Shown in pieces: positions 1 through 9,137 of a stretch of DNA of 64,000 nucleotides. The translations under genes and the position numbers were made by a program. The stretch is taken from positions 2,976,001 through 3,040,000 of the forward strand of contig OY760505.1 in assembly GCA_963663545.1 (NCBI GenBank), in the 5' to 3' direction. Position 1 is the stretch's first letter, and each line of letters begins with the position of its first letter. The DNA comes from Candidatus Delongbacteria bacterium (GTDB lineage: Bacteria; CAIWAD01). Under the pieces are notes generated by a model, which saw nothing but the letters and a program-made list of their open reading frames with translations, was not told the DNA's origin and searched no databases.

Positions 1-2225
1 CCAAGCGGCGCGCCGTCAATCAACAGATCGTCGATATACCAGCCTTCATCGGCCGTATTCGCGTCGCTGCCAAAGCGGAAGCGGAACTGAACGAGCTGTC
101 CGTCCCACTCGCTCAGATCCACACTCGACTCCTGCCAGGACGTGGTCCCGGACCAGCAGGCGGTGCCTCCATCAAAGGGCCCGGTGTTCGTGCCGCGGAT
201 GCCGTGAGTGTAGGCGCCCACGTCCGGGAAGAGCTGCTGCCAAACGCCTTCTGCATCACGCAACTCCAGTAGGCCACCATCGTAGGCGCTATCGGCGTAC
301 ATGCCGCTCGCTTCTGCTTCCATTCGGTGCTGGAAATGCAGGCGGCAATTCTCGCTCAAGAGGTACTCCGGACTCAGCAGAAGCGCATCCAGATTGCTCG
401 CGTAGTTGCCTGTTGTTGTAGATCCACACTTGAAGGCGTGATCCGGGCTAGCGGATTCCTCGGTGGAGAGATGCCAGTTGTCGCCCCAGCCTTCGGCGGC
501 TTCGTGAGTCCACGCTGATGTATCACCTTCCAGATCCTCTGTGTACAGCGTGACACGTCCGATGGAGAATTCCGCGGAAACGGCACATTCCATGTCTCCA
601 TCGCTCAAGGTGAGCAACAGATCGGTATCCAGTACAGACGGCCCATCGCCGGAAAGGCTCAACTCGAACTCTGTGTTGCACCAGGCAACATCATCAACGG
701 GAATACTTGACCAATTGCTGTTCGCCTGTGTCACCGTGATCCATTCATTTGAGCAACTGAGTACACCCGTGACTCCGCTCAGGTCTTCGTTTCCATTGTT
801 GATCAGGCGAAAGGCCAGTTGTATGGTCTCGCCGGGTTCTGCAAGACCATCACCGTCTGTATCACCGCGAAGCTCCATCTCGTCAAGACCCAGGCGCAGA
901 CCGCTACCGGGGTTCCATCCGTCCAGATTCAGCGGGTCGGTGCCGAGAGGATCCAGCCAGTCGTTCAGACGCGAAGAGGAGCTGCTGCCGTAATCCCATG
1001 ACATGGCAAATTTGCCGTACCAGTCCGCCGAGTTGTTGCCGCAGGCCGCGTAACCGCCGTGAAGCTGGCCAATGACGCGGTGTTGCGGATCATAAAGCGG
1101 ACTGCCCGAGCTGCCGCCTTCGGTAGTGCCCTCATCCCAATCGCTGACTTTCCAGTGACTGGCGGTCACGCCGGAATTCCCCAGATAGCGATCGCTGATC
1201 ACCGCTTGGTTTTCGACGCTGATTTTCTTGATGTCGCCCGATGGGTGATGAATGCCGACGGCGCTTTCGGCGGCCACGTCTTCGCGATTCCATCCCGCAT
1301 AATACACTTCATAGTCGTCGGGAATTTCTTCTGTCAGCTCCAGCAGCGCAAAATCGCTGGCAGTGTTTGTCGCACGCAGAATGGCTCCCTGCACGGTGTC
1401 GGTTGTGGGACCGTTGCTGTTGGTGCAGAAGGGACTCTGGTAGTTGAACATGAAGATCCAGCTTGTCTCACCTCCCAGACAGTGGTTGGCTGTCAGGAAA
1501 TACTGCGTGCCGTCTTCCGCCGTGTTGTTAACCAGCGCTCCCGTGCAGATGCGCCAGCCGCCGCTGGTGAGAATCATTGCCACGCTGCGGATCTCATCGC
1601 GCCAGTCATCGCCCTGCGTGCAGGCCACGTTGATGTTGCAGCTTCCGCTTTCGCCGTAATCGCGCAGCGCCTCTGCGCCAAACAGATTGCGGTAGGCGTG
1701 TATCACGCGCTTGATGCGGAACTGTCCCGGATAAGGCAGACCTGCGGGCTCGTGATACTCCAGCGTAATGGCATCACCAGCCACCGGCTGTGTGGCAAAG
1801 CCGCCGTCGACCTTGTTGTTGCTATCGGTGAAGGCGCCAATGACCATCGAGTAATCGTCGTTGTAGAGGAAGAGCTCTCCGCCCACTGGCAGCAGAAAAT
1901 CCTCGTACACCAGATTCAACGACCAGGCACCGGGGCTGTGGAAGCGAAGTCGCCAAAGCGTACTACCATCAGACAGCGTTTCACGAATTCCACTTGTTTG
2001 CATCTCGAGATTGACCTCGGTGGGCCAGCCGAAACGCGCTGGCTCGTCTTTGGGCGCAAGAGCGTCCTCGGCAAGCAGTGTGCTCACGTCTACCGTTGGT
2101 AGCTCAACCGTAGGTGGCTGATTGCGTAGTGTCAGCAGCCGACTGGGAGGAGTACCGCCGCTACCGACCTGTGCAAAGAGTGAACCCGCGCCAAGGCTCA
2201 GCGCGAGCAAGAATCTGAAAAACAT
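1..2225 (-). CDS. Secreted lysyl endopeptidase-like S1 serine protease with C-terminal accessory domains (runs off the window edge)
   Basis: Translated by hand because it is absent from the ORF track (no stop in window). MFFRFLLALSLGAGSLFA signal peptide. Trypsin-like motifs LTANHC, SDFALLEL, IHHPSGDIKK and GTTEGGSSGSPL, then beta-sandwich-like domains (...FRFRFGSD...EGWYIDD). AGAAGGA upstream of the ATG. Confidence 0.9.
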   Translation of the reverse strand, partial: MFFRFLLALSLGAGSLFAQVGSGGTPPSRLLTLRNQPPTVELPTVDVSTLLAEDALAPKDEPARFGWPTEVNLEMQTSGIRETLSDGSTLWRLRFHSPGAWSLNLVYEDFLLPVGGELFLYNDDYSMVIGAFTDSNNKVDGGFATQPVAGDAITLEYHEPAGLPYPGQFRIKRVIHAYRNLFGAEALRDYGESGSCNINVACTQGDDWRDEIRSVAMILTSGGWRICTGALVNNTAEDGTQYFLTANHCLGGETSWIFMFNYQSPFCTNSNGPTTDTVQGAILRATNTASDFALLELTEEIPDDYEVYYAGWNREDVAAESAVGIHHPSGDIKKISVENQAVISDRYLGNSGVTASHWKVSDWDEGTTEGGSSGSPLYDPQHRVIGQLHGGYAACGNNSADWYGKFAMSWDYGSSSSSRLNDWLDPLGTDPLNLDGWNPGSGLRLGLDEMELRGDTDGDGLAEPGETIQLAFRLINNGNEDLSGVTGVLSCSNEWITVTQANSNWSSIPVDDVAWCNTEFELSLSGDGPSVLDTDLLLTLSDGDMECAVSAEFSIGRVTLYTEDLEGDTSAWTHEAAEGWGDNWHLSTEESASPDHAFKCGSTTTGNYASNLDALLLSPEYLLSENCRLHFQHRMEAEASGMYADSAYDGGLLELRDAEGVWQQLFPDVGAYTHGIRGTNTGPFDGGTACWSGTTSWQESSVDLSEWDGQLVQFRFRFGSDANTADEGWYIDDLLIDGAPL

Positions 2226-2767
2226 GGCTCTATCCTTCTTTGATTCGCAGCGCTCAGAGTGTAGAGCCTGCAGAGGGGAACTGCAAACACGTCATGAAAA
2301 AGAATGGCGTTGTGTGATCGGATGCAATCATGGAAGGACGGGAAGAGAAAGACCGGCGTCTGCCGATCTGCGGTCTGTGCTCGCGCGGGATCGTCACTTC
2401 AGACGTGCCCGCGTAGCATGGGGCTGGCGAGCGTTCTTGCATTCGCAAAAGGCAGTCGGCAGTGATCCTCCTGTTGGCGGGATTCTCTGTTCAATGCCCC
2501 GCCATCCACGGTGTCACACGCGCTCAGACTTCCGCCTAGTACAGTGGCCATTTCCAGGGCGGAGTGTCGGTTTAGTTTTCCCATAGATCCCCCTGTGGTT
2601 CGGTTCACACTTCATCAACGCAAGCGGTGTGCCTATTGTAAGTAGAATAATATCAATGATAGGGGTGTGCGTTAACACCCATTCTGGTTGATATCCACAG
2701 CTCTGGCGCTGGTGAAATCACCCCGCATCTGTGCGTCTTGATGCGATGAGGCCGAGACCGGGAAAAC

Positions 2768-2802
2768 TGAAAACCCCGTCGGTGGTGCCGCGCGGGGTTT
2801 CA
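2768..2802 (-). terminator. Intrinsic terminator of the pentapeptide-repeat gene
   Basis: AAACCCCG...CGGGGTTT stem with U-rich tail on the - strand, just downstream of the stop at 2849. Confidence 0.6.
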
Positions 2803-2848
2803 GCAATCGGAAGAGGGGGCAGCCTGGGGGAAGCTGCCCTACTCTGGG

Positions 2849-3889
2849 CTATTTCAGAAGAGTCAAACGAATTACCTGGCTATGATTGCCCTGACGCAGT
2901 TGCGCAAAGTAGACGCCGCTGGGCAGATCAGAAGCGTTGAAGAGAAGCTCGTGGCTGCCGGACGTCTGCATCTCGTTGGCAAGCACGGCTACCTGTGCAC
3001 CGGAAAGATCGTGGATGGTCAGTTGCGTGATACCTGTCTCGGCCAGTACATATTCTATGCGAGCGCTGGGATTGAAGGGGTTGGGGTAAGCGCCACCAAG
3101 GTGGAAGCTGTCCGCTGTTTCTTCAGCCCCTGCTGTGGAACCTGCCAGCAGCATACCTTCGTCATCATAGCTGAACCAGGAGGGGAAATTGGAATCGATA
3201 CTGTAAGTGGCACCGCTAAAATCAGAGCCTCCATAGCCCATGTTGAGGAAACTGGCGCCTTGGAAGTTGGCTTCGCGGAAGTCGCTTTGCGACGCGTCAC
3301 CATTGCTGATGTTGGCGTTCTGGAAATTGGCCCAGCGGAAGTTGGCGCCAGAGAGCGCCGTAGAATAGACCGTCAATCCAGGAGCCTGCAGATCGTGTGC
3401 GTCGCAGCCGGCCAAAGATAGATCGTGAATGAGGGCGTTGCTGAAGTCGGCACCGCTAATGTTGACACCTACCAGGCTGATGCTGTTCCAGGTACTGCCC
3501 GCAGCGCTGATCCCGGCCAGGTTTGCACCGCTAAGGTTGCCCCAGCGGACAGTGGCACCGGTGAAAGTGGCACCCGCCGCCTGCAGGTTCACCATGCTGT
3601 TGCTTTCAAGGATAGCGCCTGTCAGGGAGGCGCCCTCCATGACAACGTTGAAGAAACTGTTCCAGCGTATCAGACTGTTATCCAGCTTTGCATGAGACAA
3701 ATCGTTGCCCATGAATCCGATCGATTGGATCGTCTGGTTGCTCAAGTCTGCATAGCTCAAATCCAGGCCCAATGCCGCCGCGGTGCTAAGCCCAAGAGAT
3801 GTAATGACTTCGCCGTTGTCCCAGCGCACAATTGTGGCCCAGCTTGCAGTGCTGATGCCGAGTATAAAGATCAAGAACAGCCGTTTCAT
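2849..3889 (-). CDS. Secreted pentapeptide-repeat protein with C-terminal sorting (T9SS-like/FlgD-Ig) domain
   Basis: Signal peptide, many A(N/D)(L/F)xx repeats, C-terminal AYPNPFNPSARIEY...LPSGVYF...LTLLK. GGAGG SD. Confidence 0.88.
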   Translation of the reverse strand: MKRLFLIFILGISTASWATIVRWDNGEVITSLGLSTAAALGLDLSYADLSNQTIQSIGFMGNDLSHAKLDNSLIRWNSFFNVVMEGASLTGAILESNSMVNLQAAGATFTGATVRWGNLSGANLAGISAAGSTWNSISLVGVNISGADFSNALIHDLSLAGCDAHDLQAPGLTVYSTALSGANFRWANFQNANISNGDASQSDFREANFQGASFLNMGYGGSDFSGATYSIDSNFPSWFSYDDEGMLLAGSTAGAEETADSFHLGGAYPNPFNPSARIEYVLAETGITQLTIHDLSGAQVAVLANEMQTSGSHELLFNASDLPSGVYFAQLRQGNHSQVIRLTLLK

Positions 3890-3923
3890 CGTGAACCTCC
3901 GAATAATTTCACACTAGCATGTA

Positions 3924-3939
3924 GGCAAAGGCTGTGCCT
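3924..3939 (-). promoter_or_regulatory. Putative sigma54 -24/-12 promoter
   Basis: - strand AGGCACAGCCTTTGCC has GG-N10-GC spacing, about 35 nt upstream of the ATG at 3889. Confidence 0.55.
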
Positions 3940-3953
3940 GAATATTGCGGTGC

Positions 3954-3966
3954 TAACATATTGATA
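3954..3966 (-). promoter_or_regulatory. Putative IHF binding site
   Basis: - strand TATCAATATGTTA matches WATCAANNNNTTR, in an AT-rich patch just upstream of the sigma54-like element. Confidence 0.5.
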
Positions 3967-4147
3967 AATTTATCTATACTGCTTTCAGATGCTGGTGCGA
4001 AGAAGCCCAATCGGCGCTTGTGAACAATGATGGTTGATATGAGCCAGATGAACCGTGTCGGAGAAAAATTTTCACCTGTACCCATTTTTCCCGCAGATGG
4101 CTTATAACCTTTTGTTATCCTGAATTCACAAGTTCCAGGGGGTGTTT

Positions 4148-4561
4148 ATGCAATCCGTATATCGCGAAAACTGGCTGCGATGCCCTGCGTGTCGCAACCA
4201 GTACACCATTGGACCTCCGCTTCGTGATCCTGCTGGCTTTGAACTTGTTTGCCCATGTTGCGGAATCTCTTCCTCGGCCCTTGACCTGTTCAATACCTCC
4301 ATGCTGGAGGAGCTGGAGCTGGTCGAGGCCGTTCTCAAGCTTCGTGGAGTCGTGATGCGCTTAAGCGGTGTGGATCTGCTGAGCGACGGGGATTCCACCG
4401 AGGCCGAAGACGACCTAATCTGGAGTGCCGACTGTCGTACCTGCGATACATCGGTACAGGCCAGTGATGACATTCAGTACTGTCCGCTTTGTGGAAACAC
4501 CATTAGCGGGCTGCGGCAGTGGTTTCACGAGGGTGGACACAACGCCAGCGCAAGCTCCTGA
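4148..4561 (+). CDS. Hypothetical double zinc-ribbon protein
   Basis: Four CxxC pairs: CPAC, CPCC, CRTC, CPLC. Confidence 0.7.
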   Translation: MQSVYRENWLRCPACRNQYTIGPPLRDPAGFELVCPCCGISSSALDLFNTSMLEELELVEAVLKLRGVVMRLSGVDLLSDGDSTEAEDDLIWSADCRTCDTSVQASDDIQYCPLCGNTISGLRQWFHEGGHNASASS

Positions 4562-4677
4562 TTCGTCTATTTTTTGTGACACAGCGCAAGCCAGTTCCTG
4601 CGTCAGGGCCCCTCAACGCAATGGAGCAACGGCTTCTTGCTACCTTCTACCTGTAAGCTGACAGGAAGGAGCAAGAT

Positions 4678-5265
4678 GTGAGCGATCCCACTCCGTCTGA
4701 TTTTGCCGAGAAGGATGATCACCTTGTTGAACAGAGGGTGGCCGGCGAGTGTGTGTATCACGGCCGGTTACTGAAGGTTCACGTGGATCAGGTTCGTCTA
4801 CCAAACGGGCGGCACAGTACCCGTGAATGGTTGCGTCATCCGGGCGCCGTCTTCATTCTTGCACTGACGCATAATCGCGAGCTGTTGATGGTGCGTCAGT
4901 ATCGCTATCCAGTGGGCCAGGTGTTGTTGGAGCTGCCAGCGGGCAAGCTCGATCCCGGTGAAGATCCTGCCGCGTGTGCTGTGCGGGAGCTGGAGGAAGA
5001 GACTGGCTGGCGCGCCTCGCGTATCACACGTATTCAAACAATTCTACCCTGTGTCGGCTATTCGGATGAAGAATTGCACTTCTTCGTTGCTGAAGAGCTG
5101 CAACCAGGACCTCCGCGTCCGGATGAGGATGAATTCATCGATTGTATCACGGTGCCGCTTGCTCATGCTTACCAGATGTTGATGAAAGGTGAGTTCTGTG
5201 ACTCAAAATCGGCTTTCGCCATTGCGTGGCTGTTCGCCCGCGAAGGGCGTCCGGAGGGTGTGTGA
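4678..5265 (+). CDS. Nudix hydrolase (ADP-ribose pyrophosphatase-like)
   Basis: Nudix box GKLDPGEDPAACAVRELEEETG, plus HPGAV and RQYRYP. AAGGAG SD. Confidence 0.93.
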   Translation: MSDPTPSDFAEKDDHLVEQRVAGECVYHGRLLKVHVDQVRLPNGRHSTREWLRHPGAVFILALTHNRELLMVRQYRYPVGQVLLELPAGKLDPGEDPAACAVRELEEETGWRASRITRIQTILPCVGYSDEELHFFVAEELQPGPPRPDEDEFIDCITVPLAHAYQMLMKGEFCDSKSAFAIAWLFAREGRPEGV

Positions 5266-6893
5266 GCCAATACCGCTGGCAGATTGCTGACAGGGATGTT
5301 TCGCGGCCGCTGCTGACTAGGCTTCGCGAATCGCGTGGTATCAGTGAGGACGGTCCGCATCTGGTTCACGATCCCACGTTGATGTGTGACATGGAGCTTG
5401 CTGTATCACGTATCAAGAAGGCGCTATCCGCAAGAGAGCGCATCTTTCTCTTTGGCGACTACGACGCCGACGGTGTGACGGCGACCGCGCTGATAGCAAG
5501 CTGGCTGCGCAGCGTGCGTCATCCGCTGACCCCGCGTCTACCACACCGCTTGCACGATGGTTATGGCTTGCAGCCGAAACACGTGGAGGAAGCGCTTGCC
5601 GTCGGGGCCCGTTTGCTGATTACAGTGGACAACGGCATTTCTGCCATTGATGCAGTGGGTTACGCACAGCAGCACAACCTGGATGTGATTATCCTGGATC
5701 ACCATGAGCAGACGGGCGAGTTGCCTCCGGCCTACGCCATACTTGATCCGAAACGCCCCGATTGTGGTTATCCTTTTAAAGGCCTGTGTGCCGTTGGCGT
5801 GGCCTTCAAACTGCTACAGGCCATGCAAGTACCGGACCGAGTGAGCTATCTGGATCTGGTGGCCATTGGCACTATTGCTGACATGGTGCCCCTGCTGGAC
5901 GAAAACCGCATGCTCGTGAGACGCGGTCTGCGTGCTATCGCTGAAACGCAACGACCAGGTCTGCGCGCGCTGATGGAGTTGTGTCGTACAGGTAACGAAG
6001 GTGTGGACAGTCGCTATGTCGGCTGGCAGATTGGACCGCGAATCAACTGTGCTGGCCGTCTGGATCGCGCCGAGCGTGCGCTGGAGTTGCTCTTGTGTGA
6101 CAACGAGCCCGATGCCCGCGTACTTGCCCAAAGCCTGGAGAGCCTGAATCAGCAACGGCAGGCAACACAGCAGAAAGCAGTGCGGGATAGTATGGCCCAG
6201 CTGTCCGAGCATGAGCAGGAGCGTCGTCTGCTAGTAGTACAGGATGAAAGCTGGCATCCCGGCATCATTGGCCTGATTGCGGGACGTTTGTGCAATCAAT
6301 TCCATTTGCCGGCCCTGGCGCTGGCACCGGGTGCAGAGCGCGGTATGTGGCGAGGTAGTGCGCGTAGTCCCGAAGGTTTCGATATCACGGCGGCCATCGG
6401 CGAGCAGCGAGAGTTGTTGCTCGAATTCGGTGGACACAGTCAAGCGGCTGGTCTTAGTGTGCGTGAGGAGAATCTCCCGGCCTTGGTGCGCGGATTGAAC
6501 ACTTCTGTTCAAGCTGGATTGAGCCCGGAGTGGCAGCCCCTCTTGCACATCGACGCCGAGTTGGATCCGGGTAGCATCGAGCTACCACTGCTGCGAGATG
6601 TCGCTTTGCTTGCACCCTTTGGCATGGGCAATCAGCCACCGGTTTTTCTGGTACCCGATTGTCGTGTGACACGCCGCTTCAGTCTTTCACAGGGTAGGCA
6701 TCACAAATATTGGCTGGATTGTGCCGGACGCACACTGGAAGCCGTCTGGTGGGACAGCGGGCGGGCAGGTGCCGATATCGCGTACGGCGATCGAATTGAT
6801 CTGGCGTGTGAGCTGAAACACGATACCTGGAACGGTGCAGATCAGGTGCAGCTGCTCTTGCGTGACACACGAGCCGCCGAAGGGACAGCATGA
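5262..6893 (+). CDS. recJ: Single-stranded-DNA exonuclease RecJ
   Basis: GDYDADG, ITVDNG, DHH, GTIADMVPL, PRINCAGR, GSARS and FGGHSQAAG motifs. GTG start overlaps the Nudix stop (GTGA). Confidence 0.95.
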   Translation: MSQYRWQIADRDVSRPLLTRLRESRGISEDGPHLVHDPTLMCDMELAVSRIKKALSARERIFLFGDYDADGVTATALIASWLRSVRHPLTPRLPHRLHDGYGLQPKHVEEALAVGARLLITVDNGISAIDAVGYAQQHNLDVIILDHHEQTGELPPAYAILDPKRPDCGYPFKGLCAVGVAFKLLQAMQVPDRVSYLDLVAIGTIADMVPLLDENRMLVRRGLRAIAETQRPGLRALMELCRTGNEGVDSRYVGWQIGPRINCAGRLDRAERALELLLCDNEPDARVLAQSLESLNQQRQATQQKAVRDSMAQLSEHEQERRLLVVQDESWHPGIIGLIAGRLCNQFHLPALALAPGAERGMWRGSARSPEGFDITAAIGEQRELLLEFGGHSQAAGLSVREENLPALVRGLNTSVQAGLSPEWQPLLHIDAELDPGSIELPLLRDVALLAPFGMGNQPPVFLVPDCRVTRRFSLSQGRHHKYWLDCAGRTLEAVWWDSGRAGADIAYGDRIDLACELKHDTWNGADQVQLLLRDTRAAEGTA

Positions 6894-7831
6894 TGTCACA
6901 CGCGAAGTACCTTCTGTCTTATCTCGACTACTGTCGACTGGAACGCCAGCTCAGCGAAAACACTCTTGCCGCTTATCGTCACGATTTGTCCCGCTATCTC
7001 GAACTCCTTGAGCAGCGCGGGCTTGAATTGTTGCGTGTGGACAGTGTGCAGATCGCCACCTGTCTGGCGCATCTCGCAAAACTGGGACTGAGTGCGCGTA
7101 GTCAAGCACGTTGGCTTAGCGTTGTCCGCGGCCTGCATGCCTGGCTGGCGGTGGAGCAATACCGGGCGGAGGATCCGGCACACGTTCTGGATACGCCGCG
7201 GCTGGATCGCCGCCTGCCCGAAGTGCTTGAACCGCAGGAGATAGAGGCCCTGCTGGATGTCCCCATTCCGGCGTTGGATCACAAACATCCCTTGCAGCAC
7301 TGTCTTGCATTGCGGGATCGCGCACTGTTGGAAGTCGCCTACGGAGGCGGTCTGCGTGTTTCTGAACTGGTTGGTCTGGAAGAGGAGATGTTGCTGCCGA
7401 CGGAGGGCCTTCTTCGCCTGCGTGGTAAAGGGGGTAAGGAGCGACTTGCGCCCTTGGGCGGACCGGGCTGGCGTGCACTTGATTCGTATCACGCTGTAGC
7501 CCGTGACACACTTGCGGACCGCACGCGTAGCATGGAACGCCGGCGGCAGGCTCGCGGTAGGGTCTTTCTGAATCATCTTGGTGGACCGCTTTCGCGCATG
7601 GCCTTCTGGAAGATTCTGCAGAAGCACTTGGTGCGCGCAGGGCTGCCGGACAACTTCCATCCTCACAGTCTGCGACACAGTTATGCCACGCACTTGCTGG
7701 AGGGAGGCGCCAGTTTGCGCGCCGTACAGGAACTGCTCGGGCATGCTGATATCACGACAACGCGCATTTACACCCACGTGGATACAGCCTTTCTGCGCGA
7801 GGAACACCGTGCCCATCATCCGCGAGCCTGA
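6890..7831 (+). CDS. xerD: Tyrosine recombinase XerD-like
   Basis: LSENTLAAYRHDL, RDRALLEVAYGGGLRVSEL, GKGGKER, HPHSLRHSYATHLL and LLGHADITTTRIYTHV. Confidence 0.88.
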   Translation: MMSHAKYLLSYLDYCRLERQLSENTLAAYRHDLSRYLELLEQRGLELLRVDSVQIATCLAHLAKLGLSARSQARWLSVVRGLHAWLAVEQYRAEDPAHVLDTPRLDRRLPEVLEPQEIEALLDVPIPALDHKHPLQHCLALRDRALLEVAYGGGLRVSELVGLEEEMLLPTEGLLRLRGKGGKERLAPLGGPGWRALDSYHAVARDTLADRTRSMERRRQARGRVFLNHLGGPLSRMAFWKILQKHLVRAGLPDNFHPHSLRHSYATHLLEGGASLRAVQELLGHADITTTRIYTHVDTAFLREEHRAHHPRA

Positions 7832-7844
7832 AAAGGAGCAATGT

Positions 7845-8486
7845 GTGATACAAGAGCTGCAGAGTTTCATCAATCTGTTGGCAGGTTTGGAAGCACAGGA
7901 GTTGTGTTTCAATCCCTATGCTAGTGGCGATAGCGATCGTGATTCAATTCGTTGCAACAACTTGTTGCTCTACTTGCAGGAGATGCATCACGCAGGGCCT
8001 CGGGAAATGCTGGTGGGCGAGGCACCGGGCTACAATGGCTGTCATTGGACGGGCATTCCTTTTACCAGCGAGCGTGAACTGCAACGTGGTGTTCCTGCTC
8101 ACGGGTTGTTTGGCTTGGAGAAGGGGTATCGCTGGACATCGGACAAGGAACTCGGCTACACTGAACCTTCGGGCACTATCCTGTGGAGCGTTATCTCAGA
8201 GCTCCCTCGGCTACCACTGGTCTGGAATGCCTTTCCGCTACATCCTTACAAATCCGGGAATCTGCTATCCAACCGCACACCGACGGAGCAGGAGCTTGTG
8301 TCACATGCAGCCGTGCTACACAGATTGGCGGAGATCTTCGAAATCGAGAGTTTCATAGCCGTTGGTCACAAAGCCGAGCGCGTTTTAGCCGAGTTGGGAA
8401 TTTCGGCGCCTCGCGTGAGACATCCGGCCAACGGTGGCAAGGCGGAATTCAGCCGCGGTTTACACTATCTGCTCGGACGTCAGTGA
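7845..8486 (+). CDS. Uracil-DNA glycosylase superfamily protein
   Basis: VGEAPGYNG, TGIPFTSE, WNAFPLHP, NRTPT and RHPANGG. AAGGAG SD before GTG at 7845. Confidence 0.85.
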   Translation: MIQELQSFINLLAGLEAQELCFNPYASGDSDRDSIRCNNLLLYLQEMHHAGPREMLVGEAPGYNGCHWTGIPFTSERELQRGVPAHGLFGLEKGYRWTSDKELGYTEPSGTILWSVISELPRLPLVWNAFPLHPYKSGNLLSNRTPTEQELVSHAAVLHRLAEIFEIESFIAVGHKAERVLAELGISAPRVRHPANGGKAEFSRGLHYLLGRQ

Positions 8487-9109
8487 GTAACGCTCTGCTT
8501 CAATGGGACAGCGCCGAACGCGCACGATTGGGTCTGCGTCTGCTGGCAGGTGTGGATGAGGCCGGGCGCGGTCCTTTGGCTGGACCTGTAGTGGCCGCTG
8601 TGGTCATTCTTGCCCCAGATTGTGCCCTCGAGGGCTTGCGAGATAGCAAGCAGCTCAGCTCACGCAGCCGAGCCGCTCTGGAGCCTGAAATCCGCAGTTT
8701 GGCTCTCGCCTGGGCCCTTGCGGAAGTGGACGCTGCACGCATTGATCAGATCAACATTCTCCAGGCAACCTTCGAGGCCATGGGCAAGGCTGTATCACAG
8801 CTGACACTTCCTCCGGAGTATCTGCTGGTGGACGGACGGGATTTTCCCTTTGCCGGTCGGCCGGGTCGCAGCGTGATACGTGGCGATGATACCTCCGCCT
8901 GCATCGCCGCTGCCAGCATTCTGGCCAAGGAACACAGGGACCGCTTGATGTGCAGAGCGGCCCTTGACTACCCCGGCTACGGTTTTGAACAGCACAAGGG
9001 ATACGGTACCGCCAAGCACCTTGAGGCTCTGCATCAGCGTGGGCCATGCCCTTTGCATAGACGCTCATTTCGCCCTTTGTCGGCTGCTCAAGGCACTCTA
9101 TCTTTCTGA
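8483..9109 (+). CDS. rnhB: Ribonuclease HII
   Basis: GVDEAGRGPLAGPV, DSKQL, IAAASILAK, HKGYGT and HRRSF. Confidence 0.96.
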   Translation: MSNALLQWDSAERARLGLRLLAGVDEAGRGPLAGPVVAAVVILAPDCALEGLRDSKQLSSRSRAALEPEIRSLALAWALAEVDAARIDQINILQATFEAMGKAVSQLTLPPEYLLVDGRDFPFAGRPGRSVIRGDDTSACIAAASILAKEHRDRLMCRAALDYPGYGFEQHKGYGTAKHLEALHQRGPCPLHRRSFRPLSAAQGTLSF

Positions 9110-9137
9110 CGCACTATCCAGCAATAGCGAGTGAAGC

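Noticed and set aside
327..2102. + strand ORFs including the 347-aa ORF 1059-2102
   Set aside because: Antisense shadows of the - strand protease, which the track missed because it has no stop in the window.
2226..2760. Small ORFs or ncRNA in the long gap upstream of the protease
   Set aside because: No SD-supported ORF or convincing structure.
6890..7831. Integrase of a mobile element
   Set aside because: XerD-like sequence embedded in a housekeeping operon, with no att sites or cargo evident.
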